Below are positions 10,501-18,259 of a DNA stretch of 43,017 nucleotides, in pieces; position 1 is the stretch's first letter; the number at the start of each line of letters is the position of its first letter. Location: the sequence record NC_047740.1, one strand, 5' to 3'. The notes under the pieces were generated by a model. It worked only from the letters and a program-made list of their open reading frames with translations. It made no database searches and was not told where the DNA came from. The DNA is from Enterobacteria phage phiJLA23. The position numbers and the translations under genes are program-made.

Positions 10501-10602
10501 TGCCGCCTGTTCATTGGCACGTTTAAATTCTTGCAGGGACTTTGTGCCCTGGTCAACCTGGCGAACGTCAACGCCAAGTGTGATACCTGCAAATTCTGCC
10601 AT
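7549..10602 (-). CDS. Tail tape measure protein
   Basis: About 1017 aa, Ala/Gln/Glu-rich helical body with Gly-rich C-terminal region; RBS ggagg 4 nt before ATG 10602 (ORF track starts at 10629 on a non-ATG codon). Confidence 0.85.
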   Translation of the reverse strand: MAEFAGITLGVDVRQVDQGTKSLQEFKRANEQAAAGVSEFVNAELVAKNQARDTARYLSEQRSAFQSLQSAIDPTASKLRKLQDAASSLDKAFSAGVVPEAEFYRLGEALETQTNRLIRSRSALTEEGRAAIEAAKNKESAERQAQSFIRSLQAQADAATLSRDEFLKLRAAQLGVSDQAAPIIDRITQASSNNTNAIANQSRAFQAAGISAGQYNQALRFLPVQINDITSSIANGMPLFMVLTQQIPQITDSFGGFSNTLSAAQGAVIDYVSSIGELRSLFADVKTLGDEAILRFGRAATIFGGAIVASLAVLGKAAYDSFIEVRQLNNAIIETGRSSTLSVAAIKDYADQLNETSRATKGSIGDIYQSLVSNGRLTVSQINLIAKSVANLSAVSSRSAESIISDFDKIAKDPVKGLIELDKQFNFLSEGQLTLVNNLKETEGQTAAVTAALEIFAARNESVTKQIEGSLTPLELAWGDFRKFVSDTWDAIGDRTIGALNLFTDVIAATIEQIRLIIGTGDKLINDFVIRGIEALQKIPGASGVGNGIAEQLRKDNDAIEKENIRLAKSIADRDARVRRGETGYLSVGEGSESQTGTSDRDSESRRKALADEIKAIEERSKKTKSGAKEERDLTISYESGVLALQAQLKVLQEHRQISDVISNERKQLFAEEAKFAILNERLADGTITKQQRSLLLQQDKILGLAREKAEIGDQIVLQERANKLLDDNIKKTRQINAEAASISVGAGLSQREAERRRELAALEAQQISKGGSVDDTDFQALLQARQNFYNQEDALRGNWLAGVKSAFAETADELANFNQIGSELAMSAFNGLTDQITNLVTTGEASFREFTASILKQIARIATQLLLIKAIESTISSFGGSGGAIGSIGSAFGFASGGYTGNGGKYEPAGTVHKGEFVFTKEATSRIGVDNLYKLMRGYANGGVVGAGPGYATGGLVGGSNVNVGGVNVTVQTGLGGGGGNDAKQLESGIRVIIAEEITQSFQQGGTAYQFLRGYS

Positions 10603-10616
10603 GTAACCTCCATAAA

Positions 10617-10640
10617 AAAACCTCCACAAAGGGAGGTTAT
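10617..10640 (-). terminator. Hairpin + U-run between chaperone GT and tape measure genes
   Basis: Minus strand reads cctccctttgtggagg then ttttttt, immediately before the tape measure RBS. Confidence 0.4.
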
Positions 10641-10996
10641 TTTTGCCTTACTTGCATCATCTCAAGTGCTTTGCACTCCAGTATTCGCAAGTCATTTAAA
10701 GTCATCTCTTTGTCCTTGACATTATACACATCAAAGAGGAAAGGGAGTACTGAATAATCTATTCCGGTAGCGCCGTTCATACCTACACGCCATTGAGTTG
10801 AAGCTGCCTGATAAACAGTCCATGCCAGCATCATGTCATCATCGAAGTGTAACTCCTCTGGCTCCTCATCTTCGTAATCGGAACGCCGCATTCCAATGGC
10901 TTCAAGTTCGGCGTCCGTTGGCTCTCTTTGATACTGTAGATATACTGCGCGCTTTAGACCTTTGCGCGCTGGCCCGCCAGAGCTTGCATGTAAGCA
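10637..10996 (-). CDS. Tail assembly chaperone T portion (-1 frame extension of G; G-T fusion by programmed frameshift)
   Basis: The -1 frame is open from 10996, overlapping the last 14 codons of G, to stop at 10637; conserved G/GT arrangement before the tape measure gene; candidate slip site GCA AAG G. Confidence 0.55.
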   Translation of the reverse strand, partial: CLHASSGGPARKGLKRAVYLQYQREPTDAELEAIGMRRSDYEDEEPEELHFDDDMMLAWTVYQAASTQWRVGMNGATGIDYSVLPFLFDVYNVKDKEMTLNDLRILECKALEMMQVRQK

Positions 10997-11268
10997 TTAG
11001 TCAGTGCCAGAACGGATGCGGGGAACAGAGATACCAGCTCTTCGATGTTCTCGTCGTTAAATTCTTCTTCAAGGTTCCAGCCGCTGCAAATCTCTTTAAC
11101 AAAGTCAAAATCCTTAAGGCCTTCGGTCTGGAATACTTCCTGAATCTCCTTAGCCTTACGGTGCTTGGCATTGAAGATAACCTCAGCTTCCTCGCCGTTG
11201 ATCATCTGGAACTTAACCGGAAGCTTGAAATCAGGGAGCGCGCCTAATTTTAATTTGAATTTCGCCAT
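10954..11268 (-). CDS. Tail assembly chaperone (lambda G-like)
   Basis: 104 aa acidic protein between major tail and tape measure genes; RBS gagagga; downstream -1 frame open. Confidence 0.65.
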   Translation of the reverse strand: MAKFKLKLGALPDFKLPVKFQMINGEEAEVIFNAKHRKAKEIQEVFQTEGLKDFDFVKEICSGWNLEEEFNDENIEELVSLFPASVLALTNAYMQALAGQRAKV

Positions 11269-11301
11269 TTAAATAATCCTCTCGTGTTTGTTTGAGTTGA
11301 A

Positions 11302-11336
11302 ATTATAACATAAAAAAAGCCCCTGTGAAGGGGCTT
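11302..11336 (-). terminator. Terminator after major tail gene (hairpin gcccctgtgaaggggc, T7) followed by TATAAT -10-like box
   Basis: Minus strand: gccccttcacaggggc ttttttt atgt TATAAT, then RBS and G start. Confidence 0.6.
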
Positions 11337-11341
11337 GATTG

Positions 11342-11992
11342 TTATGCAGCCAGGAAGCTATAGCGTCCACGTACCGTAATTGCTACGGATACAGTTTCGA
11401 TCTCGTTAACGGAAACGTTTGGAGTTTCGTTAAACGCGATAGTGCCAGTCCAAAGTCGAACTTCGCCAGCTTTAGGAACGTATGCACGAATCGCAATCAG
11501 CGCGCCAGACTCGTCGTAGTTACGGAGTACCGGGTAGATCGGGTTGGTGAACTCGTGAGCAAACGTATAGGTCGTGTTTACCGCTGACTTATAAGTTGGA
11601 ATCTGCTGCTCACGGTCATCAGCCAGGCACTGATAAGTAACGAACTGCTGCTCTCCGCCATCAGTTGAAACGTCTTGAACACAAGGCATTTCATACCAGG
11701 TAAGAACCTTGTAGATCGATGCCGTTCCGCCAGCTGGGAACTGAAGCGGGTCAGTAGTGTCAATGCCTTCAACGGTAATTGTTGTATCCGTTGATGTAAC
11801 TACTCGCAACTGTTTCTCTGAAAGTTTAGACCATGAAGATGACTCAACAACAATGAAGTCACCAGCTGCGAAAGTTGAAGCGTCAGCTACCGTCATAACT
11901 GGCTGAGCTGCGTTAGTGATAGCCGTTACGGCTACCGATTCAGATTTAGAGCCTTGCAAAAAAATTTGTGTGCCATTGCTGAGATGGGCCAT
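11342..11992 (-). CDS. Major tail protein
   Basis: 216 aa immediately upstream of G/GT; strong RBS aaggag 6 nt before ATG; positional call. Confidence 0.65.
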   Translation of the reverse strand: MAHLSNGTQIFLQGSKSESVAVTAITNAAQPVMTVADASTFAAGDFIVVESSSWSKLSEKQLRVVTSTDTTITVEGIDTTDPLQFPAGGTASIYKVLTWYEMPCVQDVSTDGGEQQFVTYQCLADDREQQIPTYKSAVNTTYTFAHEFTNPIYPVLRNYDESGALIAIRAYVPKAGEVRLWTGTIAFNETPNVSVNEIETVSVAITVRGRYSFLAA

Positions 11993-12006
11993 GTAAATCT
12001 CCTTAA

Positions 12007-12405
12007 TTAATCCATACGTACGTAGAATCGGACAGGAATGAACCAGCCGGATTGCGATTTCACTGGAGGAAATACGGATCCGCCTTCATAAATGTATCCG
12101 CTGTCAAGCATTGTACCATCGGCGAAAGCTTCTGACAATCGCCCAGCCAATTGGCGAGGTCTATCAGTCCCCTCACCTGGTGAAAAGAATATAGAGACCT
12201 GAACCATGCCTACGTAATACCTGCATGTTCGCTGCAATCCCCATGTCACACTATCAACCTCCGTGTAATCAAACTTCAACCATGAACTTCCGTTTTTGGG
12301 TGGCGTGAATCCGCAGTTCTCGTAAGCAACTGGTAGACTGCCAGCAATATCAACTGCCGCATCACTAACCAGTTTCCTTGCTGCAACCATCATTTCATAG
12401 TGCAC
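12007..12405 (-). CDS. Putative tail terminator / completion protein
   Basis: In-frame GTG 12405 with strong SD aggagg 6 nt upstream (ORF track start 12522 overlaps previous gene by 128 nt); sits between connector genes and major tail gene. Confidence 0.4.
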   Translation of the reverse strand: MHYEMMVAARKLVSDAAVDIAGSLPVAYENCGFTPPKNGSSWLKFDYTEVDSVTWGLQRTCRYYVGMVQVSIFFSPGEGTDRPRQLAGRLSEAFADGTMLDSGYIYEGGSVFPPVKSQSGWFIPVRFYVRMD

Positions 12406-12823
12406 GTTTAGCCTCCTGTACCGCCTCAGCAAAGTAACGGCCAAGCCTCTTTTGGACAACTCCAAGAACACCAGAAGGTGCCTGATTGGATGAACCAAAC
12501 TCAAGACCTTGCGCATAATCAAGGCGGTTGGTAATGTAAATTACGTTCGTATTGTTATCACTGGCGAGTGCGTAGATCTGCCTACGAAGAGAGTTTCGAG
12601 TCTCATTTCCGTCAGGGTCGTAATTATTCAGTGACTGCGCAGCTGGTGAGTTGCCAGTAGCCTGCCAGTTACCTCTAAATCGACCAGTATCAACGGGAGA
12701 TAGCTTAACGATGTCGTTGGCAGCCTTGGTTAATGTGCCTTCCACAATCAATTCTACACCCTCCGTGACTCCATCAATCCATGCGTTAATTGAGTTCCTG
12801 AAACTAACAACGTCATTAGCCAT
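12395..12823 (-). CDS. Head-tail joining protein (HK97 gp10-like, tentative)
   Basis: 142 aa with VDTGRFRGNW-type motif reminiscent of the HK97 gp10 family; RBS ggaggg. Confidence 0.45.
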   Translation of the reverse strand: MANDVVSFRNSINAWIDGVTEGVELIVEGTLTKAANDIVKLSPVDTGRFRGNWQATGNSPAAQSLNNYDPDGNETRNSLRRQIYALASDNNTNVIYITNRLDYAQGLEFGSSNQAPSGVLGVVQKRLGRYFAEAVQEAKRAL

Positions 12824-13184
12824 AAGTTGCAGCCCTCCGCAATACTGGCCTGTAGGCGATTACCGTGCCAGTTGGCTTCACTGGTCGAGGGTCAATTACT
12901 GTGTATGCTTCCTGGTCAATGTAGATGCGGTCTCCTTCCGATACAACTGAATCAGCAGTAAAAATTCCGCGACGGTCACCGAATTTGATGATGTCACCAT
13001 CAATGTCTCTCGCTTTGAATTCACGGATAACACCCCGCACAGTGTAGGAAGTGCCTGGTGTGCGCACTTCATAGCCATTAACGATAGAGATGGCTGGCTG
13101 TGTCGTAGCTTCGAAAACTCCATCACCATCTGACAGGAGATTAATACCAGCCTTAATTTGCTGCTGCAAAAGTGCATGATTCAT
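12816..13184 (-). CDS. Putative head-closure / head-tail adaptor protein
   Basis: ATG 13184 overlaps upstream stop (ATGA); position in connector module; no diagnostic motif. Confidence 0.4.
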   Translation of the reverse strand: MNHALLQQQIKAGINLLSDGDGVFEATTQPAISIVNGYEVRTPGTSYTVRGVIREFKARDIDGDIIKFGDRRGIFTADSVVSEGDRIYIDQEAYTVIDPRPVKPTGTVIAYRPVLRRAATYG

Positions 13185-13582
13185 CGGCAGCACCTCGACC
13201 CACCAGAGGTAATCAAGCCCCAGCGGCCAACCTTGCGACGCATCAAATCAATGTAAAGCTTACCCCATGAGGATTCCTCAAGGTTTGATGAGCTAGCTGC
13301 GGCAGTGCTTGTATCGTAGCTAATCGTGTACTCGCCTGAAAGTGAGTAGGACTTAACCCGCTCAGATGATGTCTGGCTTGAATCATTCTCAGTCTTAAGT
13401 GCAATATCCTGGCTAAGCAAGTGAAGAGTGTAGAATGCCAGTGCCTGAACCTGCTTGTCACCAAACTTGTCTAAGCAGATGAATAGCTTGGCTACCTCAA
13501 TCCATGCGTTAAGAACATCATCAGGCTGACTCTTAAGAGGCGGGTAAAGCGTGCGCATGTACGCAATTACTTCTTCATTCAT
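13181..13582 (-). CDS. Putative head-tail connector protein
   Basis: 133 aa; RBS ggaga 6 nt before ATG; position between capsid and tail genes. Confidence 0.4.
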   Translation of the reverse strand: MNEEVIAYMRTLYPPLKSQPDDVLNAWIEVAKLFICLDKFGDKQVQALAFYTLHLLSQDIALKTENDSSQTSSERVKSYSLSGEYTISYDTSTAAASSSNLEESSWGKLYIDLMRRKVGRWGLITSGGSRCCR

Positions 13583-13626
13583 GTGATATCTCCATACAAT
13601 AAAGGACGCCGAAGCGCCCTTTTGGT

Positions 13627-13872
13627 TTATTTGTAGTCGCCGCCATTCTCAGCTTCATCAATAGTCTTTGGTTGCTTCTTGGGCTTAGCCTTGGCTTTAA
13701 CTTCCTGCTCGATTTCTTTAGTTGCCTTGTGGTCATCCTCAACCTCAAGCTTACCTTCAGCTACCAGAATCTTTAATCCAACTGATAACTCTTCAACCTC
13801 GATAGTGTCGCCTGGAAGATAATCTTTTGCGCCAAGACGGATAACACAAGCACCTTTATGTAACAGTTTCAT
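13627..13872 (-). CDS. Hypothetical protein (81 aa, Lys/Glu-rich C-terminus)
   Basis: Strong RBS ggagga; preceded by TATAAT box (13900-13905) and conserved leader CAATCGAAACAAA. Confidence 0.5.
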   Translation of the reverse strand: MKLLHKGACVIRLGAKDYLPGDTIEVEELSVGLKILVAEGKLEVEDDHKATKEIEQEVKAKAKPKKQPKTIDEAENGGDYK

Positions 13873-13883
13873 TTATTCCTCCT

Positions 13884-13968
13884 TTGTTTCGATTGTTTGA
13901 TTATATCTCAATAGCTACCAAAATAGCACCCCGANGGGTGCTTCTTCCTTGTCAAAAAGTGCTATTAA
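13884..13968 (-). promoter_or_regulatory. Terminator (13917-13945) plus TATAAT -10 and conserved leader; degenerate palindrome over capsid stop
   Basis: Hairpin gcaccc-loop-gggtgc then T-run on minus strand after capsid stop; TATAAT; leader as in other composite promoters. Confidence 0.5.
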
Positions 13969-14912
13969 GCAAAAGTAATGCCCTTCATGACAGCCATAGT
14001 TAAAGGCCTAAACACGATCAAACCGGTTGCTTTAGAAGTTACCGGAACACGGAAGTGCAAGTCGCGCGGCTGAGCCGGCAGTGCGTTAGTCGCTTCCGGA
14101 ATCTCGATTGCCATGTTGTTAGGGTCTTTCTCGTAAGCGATAGCTGCAGAGGTACCAGTGCCATTGTAATCATTCAGGTACTGAACGAACTCAACGGTTA
14201 CGCCGCTATTGTTCTGACGGAAGAACTCACCGTAGCTAACAGAAGTGCCAGGCACCAGGTTCTGCATAATACGACGGGCGGTAGTAGGCAGAAGCAGGTG
14301 AGTTGCACGGTGCTGACCATTAGTTGAAGTCTCAATGATATCCAGCAGGCTTGTAATATCGCTTACTGCTGTAGTTGGTTGAGACCATGAACCACCGCTA
14401 ACAACGTTGTTGATGTTCGGGTAGTCGAACACACTCGGGATGCCGTGAGCAGTAGAGCCGGACCACACCAGTTTATCAAGCAGCTTGTCATGAGCTTCGA
14501 AAGCAAGAGACTGCTTGCGAGTAGACAGAGACTGACCGGTAGCCTGACCAACTTTAATTTCATCAATGGAAATCAGGAACGCGTTACCGAAACGGAAAAC
14601 TTTACCCTGACGTTCAGTTGCCAAAGCATCAACCAGCGGCAGGTCATCAGTGTAGTCAGCCACGATCTGAGCAATACCAACGCCATCAAATACCGGATAC
14701 TCAAAGTACTTAGCGTAGCCAGGAATTTCATTGCTTACAGGGAACAGGTTTACCACGGAGTTCTGGTCGTACTCGGTTTCGTAAGCTTTATTCAGGCTTG
14801 CGGTGAGCTGCTTCACGGTCCAGATACCAGCTGCATCAGCCTTATCAACGCCCATGGCTCGCAGGTGGTTAGTGATCTTTTCTTGCTCGAAAGCGTCAAG
14901 TTTGATAGTCAT
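13965..14912 (-). CDS. Major capsid protein
   Basis: About 315 aa after scaffold/decoration genes and before connector genes; consensus TATAAT (14951-14956) just upstream; start at ATG 14912 chosen by RBS aagga (ORF track starts 14951 on non-ATG). Confidence 0.7.
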   Translation of the reverse strand: MTIKLDAFEQEKITNHLRAMGVDKADAAGIWTVKQLTASLNKAYETEYDQNSVVNLFPVSNEIPGYAKYFEYPVFDGVGIAQIVADYTDDLPLVDALATERQGKVFRFGNAFLISIDEIKVGQATGQSLSTRKQSLAFEAHDKLLDKLVWSGSTAHGIPSVFDYPNINNVVSGGSWSQPTTAVSDITSLLDIIETSTNGQHRATHLLLPTTARRIMQNLVPGTSVSYGEFFRQNNSGVTVEFVQYLNDYNGTGTSAAIAYEKDPNNMAIEIPEATNALPAQPRDLHFRVPVTSKATGLIVFRPLTMAVMKGITFA

Positions 14913-14950
14913 ATTAAGATGCATCCTTTTGTTTATGAGTTTACGTGTCA

Positions 14951-15000
14951 ATTATACACGAGATTTTAATTGGAACAATAGAGTAATCATTTCTCTATTG
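14951..15000 (-). promoter_or_regulatory. Late promoter candidate: 8-bp inverted repeat caatagag/ctctattg (14976-15000) upstream of consensus TATAAT (14951-14956)
   Basis: Perfect TATAAT hexamer about 30 nt before capsid start; no recognisable -35, IR occupies that position. Confidence 0.4.
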
Positions 15001-15003
15001 ATT

Positions 15004-15823
15004 TTATGCATCAAGCCTTACAACTTCTATACACAGGTCTTGATTGTCGCTCACAACATAACCGACTGTAAATAGATTTATTGTTACTCTCCACGCCGTT
15101 CCTGTTGTGGTTTCATAAAAGCTAAAAACATATGGCCTTATTCTTTGAAATTCACCAATGCCAGTAACCAATGCTGTTCCAGTTACGGAAGATGAAGATA
15201 TTGCTGTCCTTACTGTTGTATTGAAGTAGTTATCTGTATTATTGAAGCCCTCAATATTACCTCTTATGTTCCTGGCAGTGCTTCCCTCATCAATCCAGGC
15301 TCTAATGCTAAAAGCANTTGGNGAATCAAGCCTTATACCACCGAGNNCNCNCCNNTCNTCGCCTTGAGGACCTNGCGGCCCCGCAGGGCCTGCCGGACCA
15401 GTGTCGACCTTGNGGCCNTGCNGCACCAGCTNCGCCTGCGGGACCTGCTGGACCNTGCGGACCAACCGGACCTTGTGGACCTGCTTCACCTGAACCCCCT
15501 CCTTCATCACTTGCAAAATCACCTTTAGCCAGAGCTGAAATATAAGCGCCATCCTCGAAGTGAGCATTGCCAAACCTTTTCCAGCCCTGCGCTAGATATC
15601 GGTTAACCCTGTTAACTAGCCCCTGAATTGTGGTGTCGGATGTAACCATGAAGTCTTCAACGTTGTTTGTTGTTCCTTTCGCCATCTTCATGCCAAAGAG
15701 GGTGCCGCTTAGCATCTGCACATCACCATATGGCTGAAAGCCTGATGACATCATCACTTTTACGTTCCTGGCTAAGATTTCAGGTGAATTCCCTACTGCC
15801 ATAGCAATTTCTGTGTAAGCCAT
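15004..15823 (-). CDS. Structural protein with collagen-like Gly-X-Y repeats (ORF disrupted by N-run 15300-15500)
   Basis: RBS aggaga 5 nt before ATG 15823; translation contains GEAGPQGPVGPxGPAGPAG; two overlapping ORFs (15326-15823, 15004-15573) rejoin if the N-rich tract is corrected. Confidence 0.5.
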
Positions 15824-15874
15824 TTCTATCTCCTGATTGGTTAATGATCATTGACAGTCTAACAGAAAACAGGC

Positions 15875-15900
15875 AATAAAAAACCTCCCGAAGGAGGTTT
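15875..15900 (-). terminator. Rho-independent terminator (hairpin aacctcccgaaggaggtt + T-run)
   Basis: Minus strand: aacctccttcgggaggtt then tttttatt, after the 155-aa gene. Confidence 0.6.
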
Positions 15901-15916
15901 GATTTGGAGGTGATAA

Positions 15917-16384
15917 TTACTTCTGAATGACCTGGACTTCAACGAGCGCTGGTTCTCCAGATGCGGCATCAGCTGCCTGGAATCCACCTGCGAATGTCCA
16001 GTTAGTACCTAAGGCATCACCGCTTGTTGCTAACCCATTGGCATCAACGGTAACGGCGCTACCAAATGCAGGCGCTTCTGAAAGGCTAGTTGCCATCCAG
16101 ATTCGACCGTGAGTCATTACGTTAGCCACGGAGAAGTTGTCGACATTGCCAACAGCGCCACCGTAAGAACCGCGAGGGCTTTCATAGTGTGACTTAACCA
16201 GGACGCCGTAAACGTTACCAGATGCCGGGGCTACCAGCACCTTGTGACCATCAACAACTGAACCAACTCCAACAGCAGTGCCAACATTGCGCACGAGAGC
16301 CGAAGATGTTACACAGGCACCATCAATATTGTACAGAGAGGTATCTGCAACCATACCAGCAGTAGCTTGACGACGAATTGCCAT
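15917..16384 (-). CDS. Hypothetical structural protein (possible capsid decoration protein)
   Basis: 155 aa Gly/Ala/Val-rich; strong RBS aaggag 7 nt before ATG; between protease/scaffold and capsid genes. Confidence 0.45.
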   Translation of the reverse strand: MAIRRQATAGMVADTSLYNIDGACVTSSALVRNVGTAVGVGSVVDGHKVLVAPASGNVYGVLVKSHYESPRGSYGGAVGNVDNFSVANVMTHGRIWMATSLSEAPAFGSAVTVDANGLATSGDALGTNWTFAGGFQAADAASGEPALVEVQVIQK

Positions 16385-16395
16385 ATTAAGACTCC

Positions 16396-17505
16396 TTATT
16401 TTTTCAATTTAGCGAGGCGAGCGCGCGGGTCTAATTTCTTAGGCGCGTCGGCTGCGTCAGATTTATCCGCAGCAGCAACTGCTTTGCGGGCTTCGGCCAT
16501 TTTATCACTATCTTTAGCGATATCAAAGGCTGCATCGATGTATGCGTCAGATTTCTCAGCAACTTCAATACCAGACACTTCTTTAACGTAAGCAACTTTG
16601 ATTGCTTTAGCATCCAGGCCATCACATTTAACGCCAGCTTCTGCGGCAACTGCGACCAGGGCAGCCATTTCGTCAGCATCAGTCTTAGCTTTGGCTAAAG
16701 CAGCTTCTATTTCAGCGGGGATGCCATCAACTTTAGCTTTCAGTGCGTCGCGCTCAGCTTCCAGAGTGTCAGCTTTAGCTTTAGCCTGCTCCGCATCAGC
16801 CTTAACAGCTTCGATATGCTTAGCAACTTCCGGGGCGATTTCGAACTCCTGTTCGCCATCGAGTTTAATCTTAATCATCAATTTATCCTCTTTATTTGAT
16901 TGAACGGTATCAGTATACGGGTTTTCCTGTTCCGCGTCCAGATTGAGTTTAGCAATACCTGCGCGACCTTTATATACGAGTGCGATATGATTAACAACGA
17001 TATTCGTCTGTAGCGCATCAAAGCGTACCCAATCAGCAGGAATCTCATCCTGGCTTGCGTACTCTCCATCAAGCTTGTACTCACCCGTTTCATTACTACC
17101 CCAGCCAGGAGACTCAATGTCAACAGTGTTGTAGCCAACAGAGAGCTCACCAGCAACGCCAGACTTGGCCTTCTCAATTGCTTCCTTGTCGTAAACGGTA
17201 AGAGGAACAATCACTGCCGAGTCCTGACGCATTGCTGACCCAGATACAGAACCAACAACCACCTCTTTAGCATTTTCAGAGTTTACAACCACGTGACCAA
17301 GAGTAAGCGGCTTACCCTGGTAACTTTGCAGCGAATCGGCTTTAAAAACCTCTGAAGCCGGACGGAACTCTCGGCGCTCTGAACCATCTGGCATATAGTA
17401 GGTTTGTACACCTACGCGAGCAACCACTGGGGTGTCCACGAGAAAACCGTTCTCATCGAAACGGGCTTTTACCTTGGCGCTATCATAACGCATTTTACTC
17501 TTCAT
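16396..17505 (-). CDS. Prohead protease / scaffolding protein
   Basis: Globular N-terminal domain then long Ala/Lys/Glu-rich coiled-coil-like C-terminus; between head morphogenesis and capsid genes. Confidence 0.55.
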   Translation of the reverse strand: MKSKMRYDSAKVKARFDENGFLVDTPVVARVGVQTYYMPDGSERREFRPASEVFKADSLQSYQGKPLTLGHVVVNSENAKEVVVGSVSGSAMRQDSAVIVPLTVYDKEAIEKAKSGVAGELSVGYNTVDIESPGWGSNETGEYKLDGEYASQDEIPADWVRFDALQTNIVVNHIALVYKGRAGIAKLNLDAEQENPYTDTVQSNKEDKLMIKIKLDGEQEFEIAPEVAKHIEAVKADAEQAKAKADTLEAERDALKAKVDGIPAEIEAALAKAKTDADEMAALVAVAAEAGVKCDGLDAKAIKVAYVKEVSGIEVAEKSDAYIDAAFDIAKDSDKMAEARKAVAAADKSDAADAPKKLDPRARLAKLKK

Positions 17506-18259
17506 TAATTAAATTCTCCCATTTAGGAACAGCCCAGCAACGACACCCGTATTGCTGACCGGGGAATATCGCAAGGCCGTCAAGTTTTCCAGCGTCCGAA
17601 CCATCTGATTTAAAGCTAACCCCCTCACGCAAAACGTGAGATGGTCGCTCTTTGTCGTCAAGTCTACCACGCCAAACATACTGAGATACACCGGCATCTT
17701 CAAGCCTTCTCCGCATAAGGTTTGAGTTTAGAGACCCTGTAATTCCAGCAGCGATATTTGCTGTTCTCTTTCTGTAGATTCGGTATCTATCATCAAGGTC
17801 AACAGTGTTACCAGCCTGCGCAGTAATGGCGTTGTTTATGAAATCATCCTTGATGTTGTTTAGCAGCTTTGATGCACTTAACTGCGTGCCAACAATCCAT
17901 GAGTTCCTGGTGTCGAGCCACCATGGTTCATCCGCGTTAATACCATACAATCCTAGCGCAAGAACTACAGGATTATCCTTACCTCCGGAGTTGTTGGCCA
18001 CCTTAAGGAATTGCGCCGAGTTATAACGATATATTGCTAGTGCCAGCGCAGGCAGAGTGGAAACAAAACCAGATAGCAGCGCTGAGATTACATCTGAAAG
18101 GTCTGAATCTTCCTCTTCAATCTCCTGCGCTGTGTCAATTTTTAGCCTCTTTGCAGATAACTTCATTTGCTCAATAAGTTCAGATACCGCAACCAAAAGG
18201 CTGCGATTAATCTGGCTCTCAATTATTTGCGGATACATCCAGCGGGTCTTCTGATTCAT
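17495..18259 (-). CDS. Head morphogenesis protein (Mu gpF / SPP1 gp7-like)
   Basis: C-terminal motif GQQYGCRCWAVP typical of this family; directly after portal gene. Confidence 0.65.
   Translation of the reverse strand: MNQKTRWMYPQIIESQINRSLLVAVSELIEQMKLSAKRLKIDTAQEIEEEDSDLSDVISALLSGFVSTLPALALAIYRYNSAQFLKVANNSGGKDNPVVLALGLYGINADEPWWLDTRNSWIVGTQLSASKLLNNIKDDFINNAITAQAGNTVDLDDRYRIYRKRTANIAAGITGSLNSNLMRRRLEDAGVSQYVWRGRLDDKERPSHVLREGVSFKSDGSDAGKLDGLAIFPGQQYGCRCWAVPKWENLINEE

Noticed and set aside
13590-13625. Strong terminator between the 81-aa and 133-aa connector genes
   Set aside because: Only a 3-4 bp stem with a UUCG loop and a short T-tract; too weak to call.
15326-15823. Treating 15326-15823 and 15004-15573 as two separate overlapping genes
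   Set aside because: The overlap coincides with the N-rich collagen-repeat tract; a single gene broken by ambiguous bases is more parsimonious.
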